From a virus (lineage: Duplodnaviria > Caudoviricetes): a stretch of 56,737 nucleotides of DNA. Of this stretch, positions 1 to 9,803 are shown piece after piece. Each line of letters begins with the position of its first letter. Position 1 is the stretch's first letter. The DNA is taken from the IMG/VR virus record IMGVR_UViG_3300013099_000004, positions 1 to 56,737 of that record. One strand, 5' to 3'. The notes under the pieces were generated by a model, which did not search any database, was not told the origin of the DNA, and saw only the letters and a program-made list of their open reading frames with translations. A program made the position numbers and the translations under genes.

Positions 1-123
1 TACAGCATTTAAGACTAAGGTCAAAGGTATAACTAATTTATTTAACCCATGGGTGTCAACACGTTACGGCTTTGCAGACCTTGAAGCTAAAACTGGTGTT
101 GCAGGATTACATAAAACTGCTAA
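1..123. repeat. Terminal direct repeat (circular-assembly overlap), copy 1
   Basis: 1-123 is identical to 56615-56737 and lies inside a continuous ORF. Confidence 0.97.
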
Positions 124-2455
124 GAACTTTATGTATAAGACTGGTAAGGTAGCTTATGATAGTAGTGTACGTATTAATAAAATGTTTGAAGATAACGGTA
201 TAGACCCCAGCAAGTTAGCTGACGACCCTGAAACAGTTAAACAAGTAGTAGCATGGCTTTATGAATCAAATGACGCTGAACGTGAAAAGATAGCTAGTAA
301 CATGTCTGAATATGCCTTAAGGGTAGCTAAGGTAGTAAATGATGAGCTTCAAGGGGAGACAGCTACTAATATCCGTATTGCAAGGTGGATGATGTGGCGC
401 ACTATACCAAGGGCTACACTTGATGAGTACTTACAACTATATCACAGAGTTACCAAAAATAAAGCTTCCAGGGAAGATTTTAAACGTTATGGTAAATTGC
501 AGGGATACTTTGAGTCTATACTACCCCCAGACCTAAAGCCTGAATATGGCGTAGCCAAAAGAGGTAAAGATGCACCATTAATAAAGAGAGGGCTTACACT
601 ACAAGAAGCTAAAGATTTCGTAAGTAAAGACAAGAAAGCATTTAAGATAATGCAACTTACATCAGGCATAGAAGAACTGGTAGAAGCTGATAATATCTAT
701 GAAGCCTATGGCTTGGAAGGACTTAAAGAACACTTAAGTAAGAAGACTTGGGGTACTAGAAAACACTACTATATGAGTAGCTTAGAGCTCGATGATGCAC
801 TAGAGCAATTTGTTAATAATGTTGCTAACCCTGGTGTACTAGGCAAACATACTACCCCATCAGCACGTCCTGGTACTAAAATGCGGGAAGCACATACACG
901 AGTTAATAAAGGAATACCTAAAGAAGCTGAAACATTCTTGCCCGACTTATATAATCATATACAGCGTGCAGCTATTATAGCCGACTCTGGTCTTGATATG
1001 ATTAAACTATCTGATATGTTCTTAGCTGCAATGCCTAAAACCAGAGATGCCAATAGTCAAATACGTACCTTCAAAAGATTTGTTATGAACGCTATGGGGT
1101 TTGATGAGTCCGCTCCAATAGCTGTTAAGACTGTAGAGCGTGTTAATAGGTTTTTCTGGCGTACTTACCCATTCGCTATTAGCAGACCATTATGGTACAC
1201 ATTTAGAAACCTTACACAAAATATAATGGCAGTAGGGCAACTTAATACTCCAGAGGTATTAAAAAGCATATTCCAGTTATCTGCATCAGGTACTAGCGAT
1301 ATGCTTAAACGCCATTTCTCTGCTAACTTTAAATCAGTTATATCACAGAAGTTGCCTATCTTCAGGCACTTTATGATGATGGAACATGATGTAGTTGACA
1401 AGAAGTACAAACGTAAAATGATAAGATTGCTTGATACATTAGGGCAAGTAATACCATTCTCTGATGAAGTTAACCGTATATTGCTATTCCCTGTTGTGCA
1501 TAACATAGCTGAACGTAATGTATCTGCATATAAAGACGGTAAGATTGATTTTGACACACTCGCACGTAAGACGTCGCTTAATAACTTGCACCCTCAAGAG
1601 ATATTAGATATTCAGGATTTACTTAGAGATGGGAAATATGACGAGGCTATATATGAAATATCAGCGGCTAAGGTAGCTAATACACACTTTAGATATAGGA
1701 CTGCTGAACGTGCAGGTATTGAACAGCATAGAACTGCAAGACCATTAACAGGACTTTATAACTGGCCTAGAGGGTTAGTTGAAGCTACATATTACAATGG
1801 TGTTAAGCCATTTGTAGTAGGTATGCAAACTAAGAACTACGGTATGGCATTTAGCGGATTAATGAGTATTACCAAGCTGTTGTCAAGTATGTTTGTAGCA
1901 AGAGAACTACTTAAAAAGATACTTGGGAAGAAAGATGAATATGGTGCATATGATACATTTAATACTATATTCGGGTACTCTCCTGGAAGCGCTGGATTAA
2001 ATTTAGCAATGGATATATTCGAAGACTTTAAAAGAGCGCATGATTATGCCAGAGATGGCGATATAGATAAAGCCTTTTATACCTTAATAGATAGAGCTGC
2101 ATATCACTTACCACTAGTAGCAGATGCGATAAATGTATACGAAGCTACACATGATAGACGTGGCGTAAAGATGATGAGGCTTCTTGACGCCAAATTACGT
2201 AAGGCTGCTAAAGAACCTGGTAAATCTGTTAAACGTACTACAGTTGAGAAATGGCAGCATATGCTATTTGGTACTGAGGAAATATCACAGAGTGAGACTA
2301 AGCGTAAAGAGGAAGAAAAGAAAGTACGTGAGCTTATTAGCTTTTATACCAAGATGGGCATAGAACCACCTATGCACCTTAAGATGAAGTTATCAGTGCA
2401 AGATAGATTTGATGTTGATAGACTTATAGAAAAGATTAAAAGTGGTAACTCTTAA
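1..2455 (+). CDS. 3' part of the ~1441-aa ejection protein (wraps from 54744)
   Basis: Same frame as the 54744 ORF across the overlap; largely helical; last gene of the virion arm. Confidence 0.85.
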   Translation, partial: TAFKTKVKGITNLFNPWVSTRYGFADLEAKTGVAGLHKTAKNFMYKTGKVAYDSSVRINKMFEDNGIDPSKLADDPETVKQVVAWLYESNDAEREKIASNMSEYALRVAKVVNDELQGETATNIRIARWMMWRTIPRATLDEYLQLYHRVTKNKASREDFKRYGKLQGYFESILPPDLKPEYGVAKRGKDAPLIKRGLTLQEAKDFVSKDKKAFKIMQLTSGIEELVEADNIYEAYGLEGLKEHLSKKTWGTRKHYYMSSLELDDALEQFVNNVANPGVLGKHTTPSARPGTKMREAHTRVNKGIPKEAETFLPDLYNHIQRAAIIADSGLDMIKLSDMFLAAMPKTRDANSQIRTFKRFVMNAMGFDESAPIAVKTVERVNRFFWRTYPFAISRPLWYTFRNLTQNIMAVGQLNTPEVLKSIFQLSASGTSDMLKRHFSANFKSVISQKLPIFRHFMMMEHDVVDKKYKRKMIRLLDTLGQVIPFSDEVNRILLFPVVHNIAERNVSAYKDGKIDFDTLARKTSLNNLHPQEILDIQDLLRDGKYDEAIYEISAAKVANTHFRYRTAERAGIEQHRTARPLTGLYNWPRGLVEATYYNGVKPFVVGMQTKNYGMAFSGLMSITKLLSSMFVARELLKKILGKKDEYGAYDTFNTIFGYSPGSAGLNLAMDIFEDFKRAHDYARDGDIDKAFYTLIDRAAYHLPLVADAINVYEATHDRRGVKMMRLLDAKLRKAAKEPGKSVKRTTVEKWQHMLFGTEEISQSETKRKEEEKKVRELISFYTKMGIEPPMHLKMKLSVQDRFDVDRLIEKIKSGNS

Positions 2456-2760
2456 AATAATTCTGTACTCCCATTATATGTACTTTTATGTTTAATCATT
2501 TTATCAAGTAAACGTCTATATATACCATATGGTAAATTGTCACGCATCCATACAAATATCTTTTCCGCTTGTCTATCTAGGAATGCGGGGTTAGTAAGCT
2601 GCTCATAGGTGCTTGCCTCTACATGGATATGAATATGGAGGTCTCGTGATGGTGTAGGGCACTCACCCTTGTTATAGCCATATCTATAAGCTATATCTTT
2701 TGGCAGCTTACATAGTCCCGCAATAACTAATTCATTTCTATTTTCTGTGCTATTTAACAT
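2452..2760 (-). CDS. hypothetical protein
   Basis: ORF with AAGGA RBS; its stop overlaps the convergent stop (TTAA). Confidence 0.7.
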   Translation of the reverse strand: MLNSTENRNELVIAGLCKLPKDIAYRYGYNKGECPTPSRDLHIHIHVEASTYEQLTNPAFLDRQAEKIFVWMRDNLPYGIYRRLLDKMIKHKSTYNGSTELF

Positions 2761-2770
2761 AAATCCTTAC

Positions 2771-3115
2771 TTACTTTTGTTTTATCGGCCTAATTACTTT
2801 ATATGGCTTGGTAGATTTAGTTGCCTTGTTAATACATTCATTTACTGTTTCTGCCGGAATTCCCTTCCTAGCAAGTTCCATAATTAATGCATCTTTATCT
2901 AAGTGACTACTTGATTGCTCCGCTGCGGTAAACAAGTTTGGTACTATAAGAGAATCATAGCCTAGTTTATCCATTAATACGCTAATAGATTTCTTATATT
3001 CTTTTTTAAGCTCATTATATTCTTTCTCTTTATCCGAAGCAGCCTTATATTTCTCATACAGTCTTTCAAATTCTGTACGGTCAGTATCTTTTACTTCTTG
3101 TAATCCGCTGTTCAT
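2771..3115 (-). CDS. hypothetical protein with N-terminal coiled coil
   Basis: GGAGG RBS; charged heptads. Confidence 0.75.
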   Translation of the reverse strand: MNSGLQEVKDTDRTEFERLYEKYKAASDKEKEYNELKKEYKKSISVLMDKLGYDSLIVPNLFTAAEQSSSHLDKDALIMELARKGIPAETVNECINKATKSTKPYKVIRPIKQK

Positions 3116-3135
3116 ATCCTGTTACCTCCATTATG

Positions 3136-3591
3136 TTAATCTTTATATACACCGTATCTTACCATGTAGGCTAATCGTTCTGCACGCTTGCCTACCTGTT
3201 TGTGCCATTTACTATCTAGCATTTCCATAGCTGCCATATCATAGTCTTTGTTTTTAAGATACTCAAGCATTCTCTTAAATGACTTTATACGTGTTCCAAG
3301 ATTAAAAGCCATATTAATAAATGCTTCTTGTCGTACATTATTAAGCTCACCCCAATGTGGTATTATATCTTTAGCTGTAAGGTATGCCTTGTATACATCG
3401 TTATATAGCATAAACTCAGCCTCACGCTGTGTGATTCCATTATCCTCTAAATTACGTCCATACCCTATTGTAGTCTTGCCTACTATATCTTTGTATGGAA
3501 ATCTCTCAAATCCTTCATCTTCCATGATAGTATTGTATAGCCGTTTACTACCAAGGTATTTTGTTGTATACACTATCGTATCTACATCCAT
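3136..3591 (-). CDS. Endolysin, T4-lysozyme-like GH24 muramidase
   Basis: EDEGFERFPYKDIVGKTTIGYG (E-x8-D-x5-T triad), NMAFNLG, SKWHKQVGKRA. Confidence 0.93.
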   Translation of the reverse strand: MDVDTIVYTTKYLGSKRLYNTIMEDEGFERFPYKDIVGKTTIGYGRNLEDNGITQREAEFMLYNDVYKAYLTAKDIIPHWGELNNVRQEAFINMAFNLGTRIKSFKRMLEYLKNKDYDMAAMEMLDSKWHKQVGKRAERLAYMVRYGVYKD

Positions 3592-3609
3592 TATGCCCCT
3601 CCTATATTA

Positions 3610-4344
3610 TTATAATGTTATTACTGCTTCATATGTCTTACCATTTTTTACTATAGTTACTGTACTACTATTATACTTGATAGTTCCAGTAGGCTCTCCT
3701 CTTCCGTCCAGGTCTCCTGTAAATACTAGCTTGCTGTATGGGTTAATAGTGTCGAGTATTTTGAGTGTTTTACTTGACTTACCATCATTATTAGTTCCTA
3801 TATCAGGGTCTATAGTAGTTCCTTCTATCCAGTCAACTCGTTGGTTCAATATTAATGATACATCATGTATTGGGTTTGCTGTATTATTATATACTGTACA
3901 TCTGAACGTGTCGTAAATATCTGTTATTTCTATAGTTACCTTGATGTATTGTTCCTGTTTTATTTTGCTTGCTGACCGTAATACAGGTGATGATGGAGTG
4001 CCAAATACTACTATTATTGGCTTTTGTTTAATTACTACATGCACTATATTACTATATTTAGACTCATTATTGGGGTTAATAGCAGTCATTGCAAAATATG
4101 CAATTGAGTCTTGCGTATTATAAGTAATTGTATATGCAGTATCCTGTCTTGGAATACTATCCTGTAATAAACTATAGCTTCCATTACGTACTTCATATAT
4201 TCTGAAATGTGTAACTGATGAATCTGCCTTATAATGTTCAGGAGTATCTGTACGTTCAATATATTTATCCCAATTAAACTGTATAGATACCTGGCTATAT
4301 AATGGCAGATACAGCATTAATAGTATTAATAGCTTACGTATCAT
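3610..4344 (-). CDS. Secreted protein with FN3-like domain plus a second beta-sandwich
   Basis: Signal peptide MIRKLLILLMLYLPLYS|Q; FN3 pattern W...FRIY...YFAMTAINxxxESxxSN. Confidence 0.7.
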   Translation of the reverse strand: MIRKLLILLMLYLPLYSQVSIQFNWDKYIERTDTPEHYKADSSVTHFRIYEVRNGSYSLLQDSIPRQDTAYTITYNTQDSIAYFAMTAINPNNESKYSNIVHVVIKQKPIIVVFGTPSSPVLRSASKIKQEQYIKVTIEITDIYDTFRCTVYNNTANPIHDVSLILNQRVDWIEGTTIDPDIGTNNDGKSSKTLKILDTINPYSKLVFTGDLDGRGEPTGTIKYNSSTVTIVKNGKTYEAVITL

Positions 4345-4844
4345 TTCTTGTTCTCCTTACTATTCTTTTTAGCTATAAAACACTTTGGTTTAACAGACCC
4401 AAAACTTGCTATAGGCAAGCCTGCTTTTTCTGCTTCTTTCTCAACACGTTTAGTGAGTGCCGGCCTATCGCAAATGCTGGCATCTGCACATTCTTTCCAA
4501 TAATTGCAGAATGTTACGTCTTTATAGCATATCATTTTGTTGTCCTCCTGTTTACGCTTCCAACCCCACATAAATATAATATCATCGGCTAACCTATTTA
4601 GAAACTTATTGGCTCTGCTGTATTGGCCGTCTGTAAGTATTCGTGTAGTTTCCTTGTTGTCTCTTAAGTATTTAACGAGCCAATGCCTGAACACATGCTC
4701 AGTAGTGCTATCCCATTCATGTAATAAGAACCAATCTTTGCCTTGAGAGAAGTCTATCGTATTGGGGTCAATGCCTACCATACTGCATTGCTTAGCTATT
4801 ATTGGTTGTAATACAGACGGCTTTATATCTTTAAACTTCATCAT
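4341..4844 (-). CDS. hypothetical protein; contains an internal in-frame start at 4535 (Cys-rich MICYKDVTFC module)
   Basis: AGGAGG-N8-ATG at 4535, in frame. Confidence 0.7.
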   Translation of the reverse strand: MMKFKDIKPSVLQPIIAKQCSMVGIDPNTIDFSQGKDWFLLHEWDSTTEHVFRHWLVKYLRDNKETTRILTDGQYSRANKFLNRLADDIIFMWGWKRKQEDNKMICYKDVTFCNYWKECADASICDRPALTKRVEKEAEKAGLPIASFGSVKPKCFIAKKNSKENKK

Positions 4845-5032
4845 TAAGTACCACCCCCTCTCGTTTCTTTAAGCAATTTATGCTTTTCTCTCTTAAGCCA
4901 CTTCTTATAAGCCTTATTTGTTCTAAAGCCGGCTAGCTTTGCTGCTAATCTCCTAGCCCTTCTGTATGGATTTACTAGCTCTCTAACATTAGTACTCATA
5001 ATGCCCCTCCTTGTTATCCTAGGTCTATCCAC
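4844..5032 (-). CDS. small basic hypothetical protein
   Basis: Arg/Lys-rich ORF tightly packed between its neighbours. Confidence 0.6.
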   Translation of the reverse strand: MDRPRITRRGIMSTNVRELVNPYRRARRLAAKLAGFRTNKAYKKWLKREKHKLLKETRGGGT

Positions 5033-7533
5033 GATTTTGCTATTGCTATATCCACCTTCATAGGCACTTTTAAGTTATAGCAACTTTCCATAGTACTCTG
5101 TATTAACATGCTAGCTTCGTCAATATGCTCGTCCTGTACCTCAAATATGAGCTCATCATGTATCTGCATTATTGGCCTCATATAACCTACTGACTGGTAT
5201 ATTGGTGTTAAATCATTCATAGCTATCTTAAGTATTCCTCCTGCTCCAGATTGTATTGGTGTATTCCTGCAATATCTTACTCCTTGCTCGTATATTCTTG
5301 GGTCCTGTGAATATATCTCAGGTATATACCGTATTCTGCCAAACATGTCTCTCACATATCCGTACCTCTTAGCATAATATACAACATTTTTCATATACAA
5401 TGCAACACCTTTATACAAGTCGAACCATTCTTTTATCAGATTTTCGCATTCAGCTTCAGACCAGTCTTTAAGTCTAGCTGCAAGCCCTTTGCCTGTTATA
5501 CCATATAATACGCCAAAGCCTACTGCTTTAGCAGGCTTACGGTGTTTCTTATCATCAAGCTGTTGTAAGGGAATCCCGAATATCTTACTTGCAGTATATG
5601 CATGTATGTCCTCGCCATTTATAAATAACTGTATTAACTTCTCATCATTAGACACATGAGCTGCAACACGCATTTCTATTTGTGAATAGTCAGCACCTAT
5701 TAATGAGTACCCTTCAGGAGCTACGAACGCACCACGTATAGCTAATCCTCTTTTAGTACGTACTGGAATATTCTGCAAGTTAGGGTTCTTACTTGCTAAT
5801 CTGCCTGTAGCAGTACGTGTAATAGTAAGCTCAGTATGTAATCTGCTACTATCATCTATCTTATATTGTAATGGAGTAGTATATGTAGACACTAGTTTAT
5901 CTATCTCCCTGTATTTTAATATCTTAGCTACTACAGGATGCCTGTCTGTTTCTGCACGTAAGTATTTATCTTCTGTAGAATGTTTGCCGCTACCCCATAA
6001 CTTTAAGTCTTGCAGTAGTTTACGTACTTGGTCACTTGAATTAGGATTAATTATTCTACCTGCTGAGCTTTCTATATCAAGTAGTATACTATACATCTCA
6101 CTACGATACTCGTCGTCAAGGGTTTTTAATACTTCCAAATCTATTAAGAAACCGGTATTAATCATGTCAGATACCATCTCAATGATGCCTAAGTCAATAC
6201 GTAATATGTTATTAAGGTCTAACTTGTCTATCTTAGCACTCAATATTTTGTGTACTTGGTAGGTAACTATAGCGTCAAGACAGGCATAATGTATAGCATT
6301 ATTAATGTCAATATCGCTTAAATCGCCAATAGGCATTTCACCTAGCTCCCGCTCAACTACAATACGTTCTGCCAACTTGATATTATGCCACCTATCATAT
6401 GGATTTGCTCCCTTACTAAATACATCATGCAAGATACGTATTGCTTTTTTCTGTATATTCTGTGGTTGCTTATAACGTATCTCACCATTCTTAGTAATTT
6501 CCATTATTTTGTCTGCATTAGGCCATTCCCTGTTAGCTACCTCGCTAAGATAGTTAACTGCTTTGTCAAATGTAGCTGGTGTAATAGTATCCATGTATGA
6601 ATCCATTTTGATATTAAGTAGCCTGTATGCTAAATCTTTAAGGCCTTGAGGTTCTGTCTGTAACAAGTATGCCATGACCATAGTATCTGTAAACTTCTTT
6701 GGGAATATACCTACTGAATGTAAGTACGGTAAATCGGCAAGAGCATTATGCATTATTATAGTGCCATCATAATTATTAAGGTAGTCTCTGGTAACTTCAA
6801 GTACCTCAGTATTGTTAACTAGTATGAAGGCAGCATCTTTACCATCTAATGTAATCTGAATAGACCATAACTTGTTATTCATAAACTCAGTATCAAGAGC
6901 CATAAAATCGCCTGTATGAGACGTTTTATATTTACTGAAGTTTTCTAAGCCTCCTATACTGCTAACGTGGAGTTCGTTGAATCTAGCCCTGTCTATGGAC
7001 GTTCTGGGTACTAATTTGCCGTCCAATACGTCTCTTATAGCAGCATAGTCATTACGTGTATGCTGCAAGAAGCGGGTAGAACCGTGAAGACTAGCTGCAG
7101 GATGATATACAGGGATTATTATTCTACCACCTTTAAGCCAGGGAATGCCATGGTCTAATACCATTTTCACTTCACGGCCCAGAAGTTCTGAAGCTGCAAG
7201 ACGGCCTACTGCCACTATTACTTTAGGGTTGACCGTGTTAATTTCATATAGTAGTCTAGGACGGCAGCAAGTTATCTCCTCTGAGCTAGGGTCTCTATTA
7301 TCCGGCGGATGGCACATAACTATGTTAGTAAGGTAGCAGTCTGACTCATCTATACCTACCTTCAAGAGGAATTGAGCTTGGTCTCTGCCAGAGTCCCCTA
7401 CAAAAGGTATTCCCATGTTAGCTTCCTGACGGCCTGGAGCTTCGCCTATTATCATAATGTCGGCATTAGGGTTGCCTCTTGGGTTAATACGTTTCCTATC
7501 GTGTAATGTGCATATATTGCACTTAGGATTCAT
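5014..7533 (-). CDS. polA: Family A DNA polymerase with N-terminal family-4 uracil-DNA glycosylase and 3'-5' exonuclease domains
   Basis: UDG-4: CxxC, GEAPG, PFVG, CHPPDNRDP..E..CC, YHPAA. Exo: DTE, HNALADL, YACLDA. Pol: TGRLAS.NPNLQNIP, ADYSQIEMR, KAVGFGVLYG (Phe at the 762-equivalent), QIHDEL. Confidence 0.97.
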   Translation of the reverse strand: MNPKCNICTLHDRKRINPRGNPNADIMIIGEAPGRQEANMGIPFVGDSGRDQAQFLLKVGIDESDCYLTNIVMCHPPDNRDPSSEEITCCRPRLLYEINTVNPKVIVAVGRLAASELLGREVKMVLDHGIPWLKGGRIIIPVYHPAASLHGSTRFLQHTRNDYAAIRDVLDGKLVPRTSIDRARFNELHVSSIGGLENFSKYKTSHTGDFMALDTEFMNNKLWSIQITLDGKDAAFILVNNTEVLEVTRDYLNNYDGTIIMHNALADLPYLHSVGIFPKKFTDTMVMAYLLQTEPQGLKDLAYRLLNIKMDSYMDTITPATFDKAVNYLSEVANREWPNADKIMEITKNGEIRYKQPQNIQKKAIRILHDVFSKGANPYDRWHNIKLAERIVVERELGEMPIGDLSDIDINNAIHYACLDAIVTYQVHKILSAKIDKLDLNNILRIDLGIIEMVSDMINTGFLIDLEVLKTLDDEYRSEMYSILLDIESSAGRIINPNSSDQVRKLLQDLKLWGSGKHSTEDKYLRAETDRHPVVAKILKYREIDKLVSTYTTPLQYKIDDSSRLHTELTITRTATGRLASKNPNLQNIPVRTKRGLAIRGAFVAPEGYSLIGADYSQIEMRVAAHVSNDEKLIQLFINGEDIHAYTASKIFGIPLQQLDDKKHRKPAKAVGFGVLYGITGKGLAARLKDWSEAECENLIKEWFDLYKGVALYMKNVVYYAKRYGYVRDMFGRIRYIPEIYSQDPRIYEQGVRYCRNTPIQSGAGGILKIAMNDLTPIYQSVGYMRPIMQIHDELIFEVQDEHIDEASMLIQSTMESCYNLKVPMKVDIAIAKSWIDLG

Positions 7534-7744
7534 TATTAGTATCCTCCCCGCTGCTATTATATAGTATCTTACATACTAAATTATAGTCTTCTACTATGTC
7601 GCTAACACGGTCAACAAATTCTAATATATCTTCTGGACTATCGCCAGCAAATCTGTTACCATGTTCTCTAAGCAACGCTATAGATGTTAACAATAAATCT
7701 ATGAGTCTTTCTTTCGGCAACTCCATTAAACTGTTAGCCTTCAT
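7523..7744 (-). CDS. hypothetical protein
   Basis: GGAGGAG RBS; overlaps both neighbours. Confidence 0.7.
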   Translation of the reverse strand: MKANSLMELPKERLIDLLLTSIALLREHGNRFAGDSPEDILEFVDRVSDIVEDYNLVCKILYNSSGEDTNNES

Positions 7745-8456
7745 TGTTAAGCTCCTCCACTATTCTACGTGCTATCCCTTTACCAATACCTGGTATCTGC
7801 ATATATTCATATACAGAAGCAGTTATTAAGGCTAATGGGGTCTTGAAATGTTTGGCTATCTCCATAGCTTTCTTAGCCCCTATACCAGGTAGTTGTAATG
7901 CTATACGGTAAGTCATTGGCTGCCTCGTTAACTGTATAGGTTGTATATCTTTAACATCTGCACTAGTATGTTCTTCCAGATTCTTTGATGTCCACCAATG
8001 GTGCAAGCTAATAAGATAACGTGCTGTCTCTGTCTTGCTAGTTGTACGGATTACTATAACGTTTTTAGTAACTGACAATGTATTAAGTACCCCTACTATA
8101 CGGTTGACCTTGTATGTTGTTTTACCGTAGCGTAAAGGTTGCCATGACTTACCTACTCTATGCATCATGTCACCAGTATGAAGGTCATATTTGAACATAC
8201 CTTCTAGTACTATATATACTGTATTGTAGCTGTTAAGCAGGCCAGGGAGTTGATGATTAATAAGACGGCCTGAATTAATAGACTGTATAAAGTCAGATAA
8301 GGTTTTACGTTCTATACCTACTAAATGAGGTACTCCATTATAACCCTTGCCGTCTATCATAAAGTCTGCATATTCTAAGAAATCTACCTTACATATTGCT
8401 TTAGGTAGTAACTTAGCAAACTCGACTGAGCCTACCCTGCTGTCTATAGTAATCAT
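7734..8456 (-). CDS. ERCC4/XPF-family structure-specific nuclease with C-terminal HhH motifs
   Basis: IDSR, ADF, GIERKTLSDF, IVLEG, LPGIGAKKA and IPGIGKGIA. Start reset to ATG 8456 (TAATG coupling). Confidence 0.9.
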   Translation of the reverse strand: MITIDSRVGSVEFAKLLPKAICKVDFLEYADFMIDGKGYNGVPHLVGIERKTLSDFIQSINSGRLINHQLPGLLNSYNTVYIVLEGMFKYDLHTGDMMHRVGKSWQPLRYGKTTYKVNRIVGVLNTLSVTKNVIVIRTTSKTETARYLISLHHWWTSKNLEEHTSADVKDIQPIQLTRQPMTYRIALQLPGIGAKKAMEIAKHFKTPLALITASVYEYMQIPGIGKGIARRIVEELNNEG

Positions 8457-9178
8457 TACTGCCAATCCTCTGGTGATGTATCTGGGAATACTAATGACGC
8501 AAGCATAGGGAACGAACACAGTTCACCAGATAATATTTCACCTTCAAGAGTTGGGTCTTTCCTTGATTTTATTACTTTGATAGAGAAGTCGTTATCTTCA
8601 TTTTTGAAGTGCTTTACTTCTACTTGTACAAGGAAGCCAGTATCTTTGTATCCGGCCCTTACATATAAGCCTGTTGCCCTGTCATTAATATACTCAGGTT
8701 TTACCTTACTTATTAAGATGACGTTCTTGTCAAACTGTAAGGCTTCATGTATCATAGCATTCATTTGGCTATTAACCTTAGAGTAATAAAAGGGTAATAC
8801 CTTTTCTAGTTTGCCAAACTCTGCTAACCGAACAAGGTCATACATTTCAGTCCATGTATCGCAGACTATTGTACGTAACTTCTCGGTATGTAGTGCATCG
8901 TAGAAGTCGTCTTTGGCGTTGTTCCATACCCGAATATACTCATCAGTATCACCTATATCCTTATTGAAGATATAGTCTTGGTACATTATTACTTTATCAC
9001 TGAATTTATCTACTATTCCTTCAAGCCCCATATCAATATTAAGTACTGCGATTGGCCCTGGCGCAGTCAAAGCAAAATGTGTTTTACCTTTGCCTTCTTG
9101 CCCTATAGAACTCATAACTAATCTGCGTTTTACTTCAATATCGCTTGCTTTACTGAACCTGCTCATTATGTCTGACAT
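8456..9178 (-). CDS. AAA_24/Sak4-like P-loop ATPase (putative recombinase)
   Basis: Walker A GQEGKGKT, Walker B IVCDT; GGAGG RBS before ATG 9178; next to exonuclease and SSB genes. Confidence 0.8.
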   Translation of the reverse strand: MSDIMSRFSKASDIEVKRRLVMSSIGQEGKGKTHFALTAPGPIAVLNIDMGLEGIVDKFSDKVIMYQDYIFNKDIGDTDEYIRVWNNAKDDFYDALHTEKLRTIVCDTWTEMYDLVRLAEFGKLEKVLPFYYSKVNSQMNAMIHEALQFDKNVILISKVKPEYINDRATGLYVRAGYKDTGFLVQVEVKHFKNEDNDFSIKVIKSRKDPTLEGEILSGELCSFPMLASLVFPDTSPEDWQ

Positions 9179-9569
9179 GTTCTCCTCCTTTATTACTGTT
9201 GAATTTAATTGTATTAATGATATCAAGTATATCCTTTTTAAGTTCGTCTTTGACGTCTATTGTGGCGTTACGTACTTTATGTAACATATTAGGCGTAATT
9301 TGCTTAGTTATATATATCTGAATCATAGTATTACGGGTTGGTATAATAATGCTAAGTAGCACAAATGCCATAGATATTATAAACGCCTTTACTACTTTAT
9401 TACCATTAAAGGAGCTACTTCCGTCATAATAGTCTTCTAACCAATTATATAACCAAGAGATTAGTGCGATTACACCCGCTATAGTACTTGGCACAAGTAT
9501 AAAATATCTAACCAATGGTACTACTTGTAATAAATATATAAAAAGCGGGCTTACAATAGGGTCATCCAT
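9150..9569 (-). CDS. membrane protein
   Basis: Two or three hydrophobic segments. Confidence 0.7.
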   Translation of the reverse strand: MDDPIVSPLFIYLLQVVPLVRYFILVPSTIAGVIALISWLYNWLEDYYDGSSSFNGNKVVKAFIISMAFVLLSIIIPTRNTMIQIYITKQITPNMLHKVRNATIDVKDELKKDILDIINTIKFNSNKGGEHVRHNEQVQ

Positions 9570-9596
9570 TACAGTTTCTCCTTATAATTATTTAGG

Positions 9597-9803
9597 TTAT
9601 TCTTTCTGACTATTGTTGTTACGATTTTTCTCGCATAGCTTTATATAGTAGTCTGGCTGCTCTCCACAATATGGACTACAACACCCAATAGGTATAAACC
9701 CCTCTTGTGATAACCGCATAAACTTATCATCATGTTTAGTTACCATACTTAAATCCAATAGTGGGTGTCCACAATATGGGCATAGTGGCAATAATGGTTT
9801 CAT
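9597..9803 (-). CDS. small Zn-finger protein
   Basis: CPYC...CSPYC. Confidence 0.65.
   Translation of the reverse strand: MKPLLPLCPYCGHPLLDLSMVTKHDDKFMRLSQEGFIPIGCCSPYCGEQPDYYIKLCEKNRNNNSQKE

Noticed and set aside
1-123. Biological terminal repeat (DTR)
   Set aside because: It lies in the middle of a coding sequence and is best explained as assembler overlap. The real ends are more likely in the 28960-29400 divergent gap, which cannot be determined here.
3248-3916. 222-aa plus-strand ORF and the other antisense ORFs in the track
   Set aside because: Shadows of well-supported genes on the opposite strand; no RBS and implausible composition
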